NCBI GenBank assembly: GCA_001600815.1 | Contig: BCKZ01000003.1 | Coordinates: 979,474-1,043,473 of the forward strand | From: Alloascoidea hylecoeti | Taxonomy: Eukaryota | Reading direction: 5' to 3' | DNA length: 64,000 nt | In this document: positions 44,499 to 57,635 of the stretch, one piece after another | Position numbering within the stretch: position 1 is the first letter of the stretch | Layout: every line of letters begins with the position of its first letter | The notes under the pieces: model-generated | Databases searched by the model: none | Seen by the model: only the letters and a program-made list of their open reading frames with translations | What the model was told of the DNA's origin: nothing | Program-made: the position numbers and the translations under genes

Positions 44499-47400
44499 CT
44501 AATATGGAATACCATTTGTCAATTTTTGGAATCCATCATAACCTTTTGAAGATAAACTCTCATATGATTTCCTAATTAAACCTCTCATAAATTGAGCCGC
44601 TTCTTTTTCAGTTCTATTCAAAGCAAATCGTTGTCTTAATTTTTTTATCGTTTGCTCTTTGAAACAGGGCAATCCACTGTCCATCATTGTCTTTACACAT
44701 TTGACGATCGTTTCGGAATATGGTCTTACGGCGAGAAAACTTTTAACGCATAATTCTTCAAACCATTTATATGCTTGGGTTTGAGTACTTCCACCTAAAA
44801 CTTGAATCATTTCATGCGTTAATTTAAATGGCGCATGCTCAAATTTCACCCCACCAGGTGTGATATCAAAACAAAATCCAAAATCAATATGTAAAATATG
44901 ACCTTGATCATCATACATAATATTACCGTTATGACGATCTTTAAACTGCAACAAATATGATATAACTGAATAAGCAGCTAAACTTTTAACAAAATTGTTT
45001 CGTGCTTTTTGAAATTCTATTGAATCCTCTGGTCCAAATTTTGAAATGAAATATTCATATAGACCATTAACCGCTTCACGACCTAACATATCACGACTAA
45101 TTGAATTTGGTAAAACATCAATCACACCACATCCTGGTGCCGTGGCAGTGACACGATAAGGGAAAACATAAACATCAACTCCATTAACATTAAATATTGT
45201 TCGGAAAACTGAAATGATTTGTAAAACTAAAACATCCTGTCGACAATCATCACCTACTTTGAAAATAGCACTTTGCCATTTTTCAATATAGTGAGTATTT
45301 GTTGTCGATCGTACCAATTGAGTATCATCTGAGGCATCATTATCAAAACTTGCTTCTGCAATTCGAGACACTTCTTTACGAATCTTAAAAGTTGCCATAA
45401 AGGGCGCCTTAGCATGACTTTGTAAAGGTCTTCCTGACATTCGATCAATACCAACTACAACACCATCAGGATTGGAAGGTAAGTAAACACCAGGCTTGAC
45501 AACGATTTGGCTCATTTCCTCATCGATTTTGGCCTTCTTTTCAGCCTTGGTTTTCTTAATATATGGTTTCAATTTACCTGAGATTGATGTGACCTCATTG
45601 AAGAAGCCAAATTCTTTTTCATAAAACAGCCTATCTTCATTTCTAAAAGATGAAATCAATTTCTCCATGACACGATCTAAACTTGGTTTCAAAGAATCCG
45701 GTATAGTTGCATCCTCATCCTTATATTGGTTAGCCAAAATATTCCATATAATTTGATGTGCAAAGAGCTGACTAATATTAGCTGTTTCCAAAATAAATCT
45801 TTCAACATAACCTAAAGTATCATGTCTCAATAATTGAACAATTTGTGGGACATAAAAAAATGTTAGGTTTACATCTTGACCCTCCAGAGATCTCATGGCA
45901 TATTGTAGAATGTAAGGGTTTCCTACAAACGGAGGCAAGAATAAATTAATGGAATCAATTGGTGATACAGGTTCCCAATAAATTAGATATCTTAAAGCAG
46001 CTTGATTATCTAATATCTTCGAATTTAAAAAGTATTGAACAGCATCTGGATAATCAATAGCTGCAACAGGGTTTCTCAATAATAAACTCTCCAAAACAGG
46101 TTGTAATTCTATTCTGTTATACCTTACAAAAAGATTAACAGCTAATGATGGATTAATGTCATAGGCTTGTTTAATAGACTCATCTGTTATTTCTGCATTG
46201 AATTGTTTTACATAATTATCTCTTCCGGTAGTCTCTACTGGATTTAACCAAGCATCGATCAGTTTAATTTCATCTGCAAGGAAATTTAATAGCAACTGTT
46301 TTTTCATTGCTAATTTATTGGAGCTGGTAACCTCAATTCTCTTGATGCCTTCAAAAACATCAATCAAGATGGTATAATCCGTTTTAATTTTTAATAAATT
46401 CCCACCAAATGGCCAATTTTGTCTTCGTGTAAACCAATTTAAAGATGCGGAAAATACCAAGTCCTTTAATTGTTCTTTAATCCTAGACGACAATTGAATA
46501 TGAACACTCAATACATCAAGACCAAAACGAATTAGCTCAAATCTAGCTAGTCTTGCATATGGATGAAAACTACCATAGTTAGCAGAAATTCCTTGTAATC
46601 CTTTAATCACAATTCTGGTAAATATTTTCAACAAATGATCACTTAGATACAAAGTTGCCTGAAAATGTGAAGCAAACATCCTGATCAAGTATAAATGTGG
46701 TTCCAATGATTTACTTGCTATGCTGGCTTTTAAGTTTAATTCTTCCATATCAGTAGGAGCATACTCCATTAAACAATATTCAGCACCCGGAATATCTTCC
46801 TTTTTACTGTATAAACCGACTTTAGATTCAATAGTATCTTCCCATAATTGTTCAATTTCAGATAATAATAATGATTCTAATTCTGGTTTTTCATTTATAA
46901 CACAAGACCATATACCTGCTGCAAATTTTATTATTGGTGCCGTAAATACGATAAATGGAATTTTCACTAATGCTCTTGCAATTTCAGCATTAATACCATT
47001 AATAAGAATTAAGTATCCTGCGGCATCTTGTAATACCTTAAATAGTTCACTATTGGGGATGATTTTCTGTTGTAAAATTTGTGTTTCGATATCCTGTAGT
47101 CTTAGCAAAATATAGTTTTTATGTCTAATATTCGCTATCTCTACTTTCTCACTTTTAACCAATTTGCTCATCACATCATTCTTGAAACTTGTTCTCCATC
47201 TAAATTGAGATAAAAATCCAGCCAATGAATCTGGCCTCTCGCCATCAATAAGTCCAATTGATGATAATTCCCGATCTCTAGATGATATAGAACCCGCCAT
47301 CTCTATAGCAAGAGAAATCCCATATTCCATATGACTACTTGATTTAAATTCATCACCACTATCACTAATATAAGCGCTTAATAAACTCTTCATATCATCA

Positions 47401-50400
47401 TTACAACGTGTCAAAACTAATCTAACCCATTCTCTTGCCTTTGAGTGGAATCTGCTTAAAGTTGCTCGTCTGTAAGAATATGAATCCGAAAGGCGTAAAG
47501 TGATATCTACTCTTTTGGATCTGAATACAGATCTTGGTTCATATTGGTTAGAATCGGCATCCAAACAACTTTCAAATAACAGAGAAAGTAATTCAACTAA
47601 GGCATATAAACTTTCCTTATTACAAAGACAAGAAGGTAAATTTTTGATAATTAAGTCACAGCATTTAAAGGCAACTTCTTGGAGTTCTGAAATTCTATGA
47701 CAACATAATGTTAGAATCTTTTTCAATTGCTTGGCCACATTATCAGCAGAAAACTTGGCTGCACCTCCTCTTTTAACACTTAATATGTATAAGTTAGCAA
47801 TATCAAGGGTGATTTTAGCAATATATTTATTGATATCACCAGATTTTATACTAGGATCTGAAAAATATAATAATATCATAGAACAATCACCACAATTTGC
47901 TCTAAGAGATTCCAATAAAAGTGTTGCAGCTAAAAACATCAACTTGGGTCGTGACATTGTTTTCAATTCGAATAAACTTGAATCATCAAAAGTTGCGCCC
48001 ATAATTGTTCGCTGATCTCGAACGTTATGATTGGATGATCCCCTTCTTAAAACAGTATTCAATTCTAATGAGGTTTCTGTACGCGTTGATGACATTTCAG
48101 AAACCAGCGGAGGAGAATTCCAAGCTATTCTTTCTAGTTCAGGAAGATATTCTTTACAAATTTTGGTAGAGATTGAATAGCCGTGTATAACCATATTATA
48201 CCAGATATCAGCGAATAGTGAGACTAAAGTAGAATTTTTGATCTTTAGGGGTGCTTCATTTGTTGATGGAAGTAAAGAGGATAATGGTTTCAAATAAACT
48301 GCAATCTCATTTGCAACAGTTGATATTTCAACATGAGATCTATGATGTTCTGAAACTTGAGCATCACCTTTACTCTTTATATTATTCAATAATTCTGCCA
48401 AATATATTTCAAATAGTGGATTTGTTTGACTCAGAGATTTTGCGATTTTAATTCTAGCGTCAACAATACCTTTGACAATTGGTGATGAAATACCTTGTTG
48501 AACATTTGCATTCGTTACAGAAGTATAAAGTTTCAAAATAATATTGAATTCTTTTTCAGGTACAAAAACAGCACACTCAGCTAGACCATCAATTATCAAT
48601 TTATCTAGAAAACTATATCCATTCACAAACTTCTGACACAAAATAGAAACTGTCATAATAGTAATCATAGAATCACCATATGCCTTTGAAATAGTAACTA
48701 TTGATTTTATAATGTTTTCAAAAACATGTTGATATTCTTCTTGTGTATTACCATTAGCATTTAGAAGAGATATATATGATCCATCAGCTTCAAATTCATT
48801 TCCATTTGCACTTGCCTGTTCAGAACTTCTGGATTCTGTGAGACTTCTTTTCTCTGAAATATTAGTCCTTGTCTGATTTGCAGAGTATGGTGAACCATTA
48901 CTGTCCACTGCAAGTAAGTTAATTAGTGAATAAATTGTAGTAATAACAGCATCTTGAGATAGAAACTTTAAACCCATGGCCAAACTTTTTGCAGACTCTT
49001 CTGCTATAAATTTCGGGAACCTGGAGTTTGATAAGAAATGAGGATATGCTCGGGTTAAGATAGCCCCAGTAGTTACATCTTTATGACAAATCAATGAACC
49101 CACTCTAACAATATTTAATCCAAGATTAAGGTCAGACATTTCTAAAGGATGATGAACACTAGACTCAAAGATACGGGTGACAGGTTCGACTGGAATAATA
49201 TCGTAAAATATTCCCACAGATAATATTTCTAATGCTATAGCTTTCGTTGAATATGCTATTTCAATTCTTTCTGGCGATGATAATTCTATGTAATTTGCAC
49301 CTTCTTCCAGAATTTCAATTTCAGAAAAGGCGAAGTCAACCATTTCCTTTAAGATGGTACTTCCTTCGATATCAAGTTGAGGGTTGGTCTCAACGTCTTT
49401 TTTATTCACAGTATCATTGAGCAAAGCATTAATTAACGATGATTTGATTGTATCAGATGAATTTGGTTCATAACCAGGAAGATATGAACCAACGATCGAT
49501 TTTGCAATGAGGCATAACTTGTTAGAAAACAATAGGGCCCCAACAGACATCCCATGTTCTGAATATAAATCATCGTAATGTCGACATTTTGTAATTTCTT
49601 CTAAGAAAGCTGTTCCAAGAGCACCTTTATTACTAACCTCTACGTGATCTTCACTGTCAATAACACGTAAACTTGATACTGCAGATTCGATATAAGTTAA
49701 TAATTTGTCATTCATCAGGATACGCAGTCTTTTAAAAGTTCGTAGTATTTCAAGTCTTAGTATTTGATTACCAGGTTCCGATTCTGTCCCAGATGTGGTT
49801 AATTTAGGGTTAGATAAAGCAGTAAGAAATCCCAGAGTTGAAAAAATAAATGTAAAGACTCTAGTTAAATGAACTTGGGGATCATATTGAGAAAGAGCTT
49901 GCCACTGTGACTCCAAGGCAGCTGCATGTTTATCCAGAATTAGTGAGAGTTTCGCTGCTAATACGGGGAATTTTGCAACCAAAGTTAAAGATGCTGTCAT
50001 AAGATTTTCGGTTAAATAATGCCATGGAGAAGGATGAATATCTAAGATTCTCTGTTAGTCTCATTTTCATCTAAGTGAATAAATAAGGAAGGGGGTTTCT
50101 TTTTCTCTTAAAAAATAACATACTTCTGATCAAAGGGGATCTTGAAAATTCTTGTTTTGGCGATTCCACAATATAAGGCATCAAACGGTCTATTATGACC
50201 GAAGCAGTTTCAACTGATTTTATATGACCGACACATTTACATAAAGCATCCAGCACTTCAAACTCTCTAAATATCTAGACAAATTTCATGTTAATGCCTT
50301 TGTAGTCTCAGATTTCCATTCCGTATAACATACCATTGTTGACGAAACATCAGTCGGAGATTCAAGAGCTCCGAAAATAATTGCCAAGTCACCATGAATA

Positions 50401-50644
50401 TTGTCTTTCGCTTTGGCTAATAAGCTGAAGCTGTTGGTGGTTTTGAATGAAAAGCGGTTGGATTCATGTGCTGTGTTGCTGCCGTTGGTCTTATTACCAT
50501 CCTCGGTGGTTGCCTCTACAGCCAAGCAGGCGAGTTGGGCAAGTGCCTTCGAGCGAAGGGTGAACCTGTCAACACTATAAGGTGTCAGCAATAACAGTAG
50601 TATAAGATATGATAATAGTAAGTTACGTACCCTAGATATTCCAT
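44499..50644 (-). CDS. STT4: Phosphatidylinositol 4-kinase Stt4; exons 50644-50631, 50565-50334, 50274-50124, 50041-44499
   Basis: Spliced start MEYLGFTLRSKALAQLA; PLQSHAKAPF, FKVGDDCRQD, KDRHNGN, HIDFGF, C-terminus TNGIPY. Confidence 0.94.
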
Positions 50645-51853
50645 AGTCCACGAGTAGTTAAAGTGGTCGAGTTCTAGAAGGTGAAGATATAAAAGAAGCT
50701 AAGCTAAAGGTATGGAAGGTTGAAATATGTGATTGTGTACGACGCAACATACAAATACATGCACATGCTATCCACCCACAATAGAAATAAATTTCCATAA
50801 CATGAATAGGGTTAACGTTAGGATTATTATAGGCTGAGGAAATTGGTTATTTTATACCAATCATTTTAATGTGAGATCTTCATAACCATTAATTATATCT
50901 ATTATAATTACAAGAACAGCATTATGCAACTTATTTATAAGCGTAAGATCTGGTATATTGGTCTAATGAATAAAGCCCTAATTTAAACAAACTGATGCCG
51001 GACTGTTTAATCCGATTCTCCAGATCTATTATTATTCTTTCAGATTCAAAGATAGTTGCTCATTCATAATCTGAACAAAAAATATACAGGCTTACAAAGG
51101 GTAATTTTTTTGTAGCACAAATGTGTAACTCTTATCTCTCATGAATATTCGATCCAATAATATAGATTCACCCGTAAAAATGTTGTATGTTCCACATCAA
51201 AGTCCTTTATAGTAACGATCTTTATAACTTTAGAGCACAAAAGTATATTTATTATTTATGGCAAACTCATATATTAAGTACTAAAGATAATTCACAGTTT
51301 GTAGAAAGATCGTGGGAAGGACTCAGCAGCTGGTAAGCATTGATCAAAGTATCATCTTCCAGGAATATTATCAAATATATAAAATCTTCCCCACATATCT
51401 TCACACCTATTCTAGACCTAATACGAGTCCAAGTAATAACTCTACACCTGCGAATTTCCATACCTTAAAAATAATGACATCATCAGACTTAAACACCATA
51501 AACTGTTCTAAATGACCCATTATTTTTAATTAAATGATTTTCCGACGCGAACGCGTAGGATCTTACAGATTCTAAACCTGAAAAGTCCGCCAAGGATACA
51601 AAAACGATTTTGACCGGAAATAATAGCAATAACATTTATTTCTGTTCGTGATTCCTGACCTTCCCTTTTTCTTAGAACCTCACAGGCCGTAATAATTTTT
51701 TAGACTTGATATTGAATAGACAAGTATTGTTAACAAATTAAAAGAATATTCAAAAATATATCATGTGATCTCACTTTTTGAGTTACCCCACCATCAAATT
51801 TAAACACAGTTCATCACCAAATTTCTTACACAAATTTGAAGATTCTCTAAACA

Positions 51854-52951
51854 ATGTCATTTTTCGGTGGTGGAGGTTTATCTCTAAATACCTCTTCGAA
51901 TACAACCACATCAACCGTAGAGGCTGATGTATCTCAAGACAGAGTGATTAATAATCCTGCTGAGGATTCGGTTTCAGATATCTGTTTTTCACCACAAGCA
52001 GAGTTTCTCTCTGTTGCATCTTGGGATAAAAAAGTGAGAATATATGAAGTCACCGCTTCCGGTGATTCAGAAGGCAGGGCAATGTTTGAACATGAGGGCC
52101 CCGTTCTATCGACGCATTGGTCTCCAGATGGGACTAAGGTTGTATCTGGTGGTGCGGATAAAGTAGGGAAATTATTTGATTTACAATCACAACAGAGCAC
52201 ACAGATTGCTGCTCATGACGATACAATTCAGTCAGTGAGATTTGTTGATGTTGGAGGTTCAAACACGGTGGTTGCTACTTCTTCTTGGGATAAAACATTG
52301 AAGTATTGGGATTTAAGACAACAACAACCAGTTTCTACTGTTCAATTACCGGAGAGAGCTTACACCATGGATTCATCTAAACAACTTTTGGTCGTGGGTA
52401 CAGCCGAACGACACGTTTGTATTATTGACTTGACAAATCCACAAACAATTTTCAAAAAAACTGTATCACCATTACGATGGCAGACTCGAGTAATTTCCTG
52501 TTATCCAACAGGTGATGGTTATGCGGTTGGAAGTATTGAAGGAAGATGTGGTGTTCAATATATCAACGACACAGAACCTAAGAAGAGCTTCTCATTTAAA
52601 TGCCACAGAGAAGTACCTCCTAATAACAATAGAAATGCTGAAACTAAAATATATGCTCTGAATGCTATATCATTCCATCCAACTTATGGAACTTTATCAA
52701 CAGCGGGTTCAGATGGTCGTATAAATTTATGGGATAAAGAATCGAAACAGAGATTGAAAACATTCCCTGATCTTGGAGCCACAGTTGCATGCACAGCATT
52801 CAATAGAACTGGTAGTATTCTTGCATATGCTCTATCTTATGATTGGAGTAAAGGAATCAGTTTTAACAGACCTGATTATCCAAACATAATACGCTTGCAC
52901 CCTTGTAAAGATGAGGAAGTAAAACCTAAACCACCTAAATCAAAAAGATGA
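51854..52951 (+). CDS. GLE2: mRNA export WD40 protein Gle2/Rae1
   Basis: SVASWDKKVRIYE, SWDKTLKYWDLRQ, SPLRWQTR, GSIEGRC, FSFKCHR, YALSYDWSKG. Confidence 0.95.
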   Translation: MSFFGGGGLSLNTSSNTTTSTVEADVSQDRVINNPAEDSVSDICFSPQAEFLSVASWDKKVRIYEVTASGDSEGRAMFEHEGPVLSTHWSPDGTKVVSGGADKVGKLFDLQSQQSTQIAAHDDTIQSVRFVDVGGSNTVVATSSWDKTLKYWDLRQQQPVSTVQLPERAYTMDSSKQLLVVGTAERHVCIIDLTNPQTIFKKTVSPLRWQTRVISCYPTGDGYAVGSIEGRCGVQYINDTEPKKSFSFKCHREVPPNNNRNAETKIYALNAISFHPTYGTLSTAGSDGRINLWDKESKQRLKTFPDLGATVACTAFNRTGSILAYALSYDWSKGISFNRPDYPNIIRLHPCKDEEVKPKPPKSKR

Positions 52952-53494
52952 AGCTCAAAAATATAAATCTCAAAATATAATATTATGTCTAATGTGTTTA
53001 TAGTAAAAGTAGAAATAACAATAAAAGTGTGTTAATATTTAACAAGCCTTCACAAGCTTCAATTTAAATTACAGGATGAAAAATTTATTAGTTAATATTA
53101 TGATACGATATATATTCAGTTAAAATTTCTTTTCTTGTCTTAAGCTTAAGCTTCCAATTTTCAACTGGAACTACATTTTAAATGTATAGTTGAATTCTTG
53201 CGACATAATATTGTATAGAGTTTAAAGAAAATAAGAGATCTGTATGTTCAATTCATAACTATATTAATATAATATATATCTTACACGTAGATCTGGAATA
53301 AACTTCAAATAACAGATACATTTCGACATAATAAAATTATATAGAGTTAATTTTAAGGAACCTCGCTAAACTCATAAATACCGGGTAACCATATACATCA
53401 TCCCTGATGACCCAAGACAAACCTGATCTCCTGTTCTTGTTTTATACTTAACAAATACTTAAAATTATCAATTTTTTGTAAAAAATACATTTCG

Positions 53495-54232
53495 ATGGGT
53501 AAATCAAAGGGTGAATCAAACAGTAAAAAGGTAGGTAATAGTATGTTATACTAAGATCATTTTTTAAACACAATCACTCTCTAACGCTTATATTCCGGGA
53601 TGTAGGCTCAAGGTCAAGCACGAAAGGCCGAGGCAAACAACAAAAAGAAGCACGCTGAGCAGGAGAAGTTAGAAAAACTTGAAAGTGAACAATGGGAAGA
53701 AGGCGCTAAAGGTTCTAATAAAAAGAAATTGCAAGAAGCTGAAAAGAAAGCTGAAGCTGCTCGAAAGAAAGCCGAGAGAGAAGCATTATTAGCCTCCGAG
53801 GAAGCATCACTTCCTTCCAAACCATTGAAGTCCAAGAATAGAGGTGCAGAAAAAGTTGCTGCTAGAAGAGCTGGAAATATTGATCAAGCCTTCGAAAAAG
53901 TAGCTGGTCTTAATGCAACCGGTATTGATGATGCTTTGGATGCATTGTCACTTACTACTAAAAATGATAGTAAGAAAATAGATCGTCATCCAGAAAGAAG
54001 ATACAAAGCTGCTTATGAAGCCTACGAGGCTAGAAAGCTACCTGAACTAAAGGAATCAAATCCAGGTTTGAGATTAAATCAAATGAAATTCCAAATTCGT
54101 AAAGAATTTGAGAAATCCCCAGAGAATCCATTCAATCAAGTTCATGCTGACTATAACGCCACTGGCACTGATCTTCAAGGGATCAATGAAAACATCAAAC
54201 GCGCAACAGAACACCGTTTGGCCCATAAATAG
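53495..54232 (+). CDS. CCDC124/Oxs1/Lso2-family coiled-coil protein; exons 53495-53530, 53606-54232
   Basis: MGKSKGESNSKK|AQGQARKAE, W-EGAK, IDDALDAL, IDRHPERRYKAAY, PGLRLNQ, FEKSPENPFNQ; Reb1-type CCGGGTAA at 53381. Confidence 0.9.
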
Positions 54233-54673
54233 AAGCTTAAGCTATACAGCATATATATTATATCATAAACTGATTATATAGATGTTGATTAATAATATGA
54301 TTAAGGTTTAAAGATTTCACTTGAGTTTAGTTTCAATCAAAAACATATTAATATTACGTATACAAACAAATTCTCCAATGACTTACTCTAAGGTTAGCTT
54401 TAGAAAGAATCATAAATGTCAAGATAATATGAAAAACTATTTATAAATTAAAAGCAAAGCTGAACCCAGTGATCGGCTCGTTTTCGAAAGAATATGTAAT
54501 TAAAACAAACACTATAAGATATTGATATAAAATGTATTCTAAATAAATAAATATCGTAACATTAATGCATAAACAAAATAACTAGAAACCAAAATAACTA
54601 GAAACCAAAATAAACCAAAAATTAGTTATACATTCATTTTAATGTTATTATTTTGTTGGAGGTTAAGTTGGAT

Positions 54674-57131
54674 TCAAAACTCTGACTCTTCGTCTTCTAA
54701 ATCTAGTAGCCCGAGGGCATCCTCCGACCTTGCATGAGTATGGGAGTATAACCGTCGATCTCCTCCAGAATAATCAACAGTATGTTTCCTGTGTTTCTTT
54801 TGTTGTAGGGACCAAATGTCCTTCTTGGTAAGTAATCCTTTTAAATCACCTCTTGATGTGAATAAAAGATACCTCAAACCTAATGTTTGAAACATCATTA
54901 GCACAACCTTTAATAATGCTTCTTGTGAAATTGTCATTAAATCACCTTCGGCCCAAGGCTGTAAATCAAAAACAATCTGTGAACTACTAGAGTTTTCCTC
55001 TTGTGGACTGTTTAGTAAATCTTTCGTTCTTGATCGGGATATATCTAATGGATATTTATTACCCGTGACTTTACATGGGGTGTCTTCAGGATAGTCACAA
55101 ACATACACAGCGTGCTCTAGTGCTTTTTCCAACTCTGTTCTTGAAATGAGACCTAACAAAGTTGATTCATTGGGGCTTTTAACAATGGGGTAACTTTCAT
55201 GATCCGTTTCACTTAACAAAGTCTTCAAAGAGCCAATTGTATTATAGATAGCTTCACCAGAGTTATTAGGAAATGCGAAAATAACAACTAGTTTATCTAT
55301 GGAAGTCATAAGTTCTTTTGATTTTATATCAGGTATAGCTTCATCGGTGGTTGTGTTTAAAAATGGATATCCATTTATATTAATCCAACTTTCATAAACT
55401 CCCTCTTTGCAAATTGCATCAGCAACCCACTTTGAAATTATAACGCCAATCATAATAGGAAGGACATAGGATAAAGCACCTGTAACTTCAAATAGAATTA
55501 CCACGACTGATACCGTCATTCTAGTAACACCACCAAGAGCAGATGCAGCCCCAATAACAGCGTAAACTCCTGGAGTAATACATTGCTCATCGGCAGAACA
55601 TGTTTGAAAGATAAATGCATTAGGATGTGACTCTTGCCACGCTTGAATAATCAAGCCCATTGCTCTTCCAAATGATGCCCCGATAAAAAGGGAAGGCAAC
55701 ATAATTCCAGATGGTATATGAATACCAACTGTATATGCCAGTAGAATAAAACCAGTAATGACGTTTAGTAATAAACCTAATATCGCCGTTCCTCTCTTAT
55801 CTGGGTTGCAGAATAAAGATTCGGCATTTGTAGCATCACACTCTTGAAAAAGGCTCGTCATTTGGGAAAATTGTGTCCCATGATTAAAAGCTAAACCATA
55901 ATTTATAAATCCAGTTATCAATGCAACTACGACCACTTCTAACACTTTATAGTTATCCTGAAACCATTTTTTTCTTAATTGATGAAATTTGGCATTCAAT
56001 TTGATGAAATATGCACCAAATAGACCACCAAAAATACCAAGTAATGTAAAAGGGATTATCTCTATTCGAGTCCAGCCATTGCTATAGTTTACCTCAAATA
56101 GTATATCTTTGCCGGTTTTAAAAGGTGTAAATGACTGTAATGCAACCGCTGCCACCATAGCACACACAAAGCTATGCCACATTGTCGCTGGGGAGAGATA
56201 AGAGGATGCCTGTTCAATACTGAACAAAACCCCACCAATAGGAGCAGCAAATGCAACTGATATACCAGCAGCTGCTCCAGCTGAAAAGAATTCACGTTTT
56301 CTAGCTTCATTATTTTTAATAGGAGAGAAGAGTTTCATAACCAAATCAGTACAACAGCAAGCAACATGTACTAGAGGACCTTCTCTGCCTGCCCAAAGAC
56401 CAGCTCCAACAACCAGGCACAACCCAACTGATTTGATAATTAACGTTTTCACAGTAAGTAAATGATGAAAAACAATCCCACTAAGTACTGTTTTAATTTC
56501 GGGAATTCCACTAAACACGGCATATGGAGCAAAATTGACAACTAGCAACGTCGAAATAAAACTGAATATCACCACAAATAACAAAGAAATAAAAAAAGCA
56601 AACACATAAGAGCCAGTTTTAGATGATATGTTGGCTGCTTCGCTCCAACTTATCCAATTATCGCAAGTTGTGCCTTCTGCCTCCCAACAACAGTATTCTT
56701 TACTTAGATAAAATGCCTCCTTACAGTATCCCGACTTGATATTATTGAGCCAATCTGAAGAAACATTAATACATGCGGCCACAAGTCCAGTTAATATTCC
56801 AACTAAGAATAGTACAATCCATGGTTGTAACGAGTCATAAAGAAGATTAAAACGACCCCTTATACCCATCGCTGATTCAAGCTGCCGTTTCCTCTCCCTT
56901 TCTTGGGTAGCTTCATGTATCCAGTCTATAGAAAAAAGTATTTGTTAATCATCTTGAACTTCTAATAATTCACACCAAAACAGACGTACCGATTGCTGTT
57001 AAATGGTCGTATTTCATATCGCTATGTAATAATATGGGTGTATCTTCATCGTAATTCCGATGATTGGACACAATAATGCTTCCGTCTTCATTCTCCAATG
57101 TCCTTGAGCCATCTTCATATCCCGATTGCAT
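54674..57131 (-). CDS. GEF1: CLC chloride transporter/channel with CBS domains (Gef1 family, possibly a paralogous subfamily); exons 57131-56990, 56925-54674
   Basis: YDHLTAID|WIHE, SGIPE, GREGPLVH, AFAAPIGGVLFSIEQ, GGVTRMTVSVVVILFEVTG. Confidence 0.88.
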
Positions 57132-57635
57132 TTTGTTTCTTTAGTTTCCATATCGATAAATATTGGTATAAACCAAACTAGTTATATGGCCGGGTAACTC
57201 ATCTATGGTTGCAATCGCTTTTAATACAGAACTTTCCCTTAATATCGGCCACTTGTTAGCTTATATATTCGCCAACATTTCAGTACATATTTACTCATGT
57301 TAAGTAATAATATTAGACAACATTACAATCTAAATATTAGACCACATATGAAACAACAAGTTAGTTAAGAATGCTAAATATCTCATTAAATTTAGGGTTA
57401 TCTATGGAAAGGAGAGTTTAAATAATAAACTACATAAGGTTAGATAATATCTGATTGTCGAAACAAGTTGATTAAAAGAAACTAACTAGTGTTCTATGAA
57501 GTCTACTTATAGCTATAGAGGCGGTTACCCTTGTCTTGGTTACAATAACCCTCCAACTAGAATAACATGAATTGTAGAAGAATTGTTCTTTAGAAATACA
57601 TTTATTAACCAAGTACTGCCGGTAAAAAATGATAA

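Noticed and set aside
50642..50651. Obligate GTG start for STT4
   Set aside because: ATG at 50644 splices in frame to exon 2, so a non-AUG start is not required
51050..51520. Short ORFs between STT4 and GLE2
   Set aside because: Non-ATG starts and no recognisable domain
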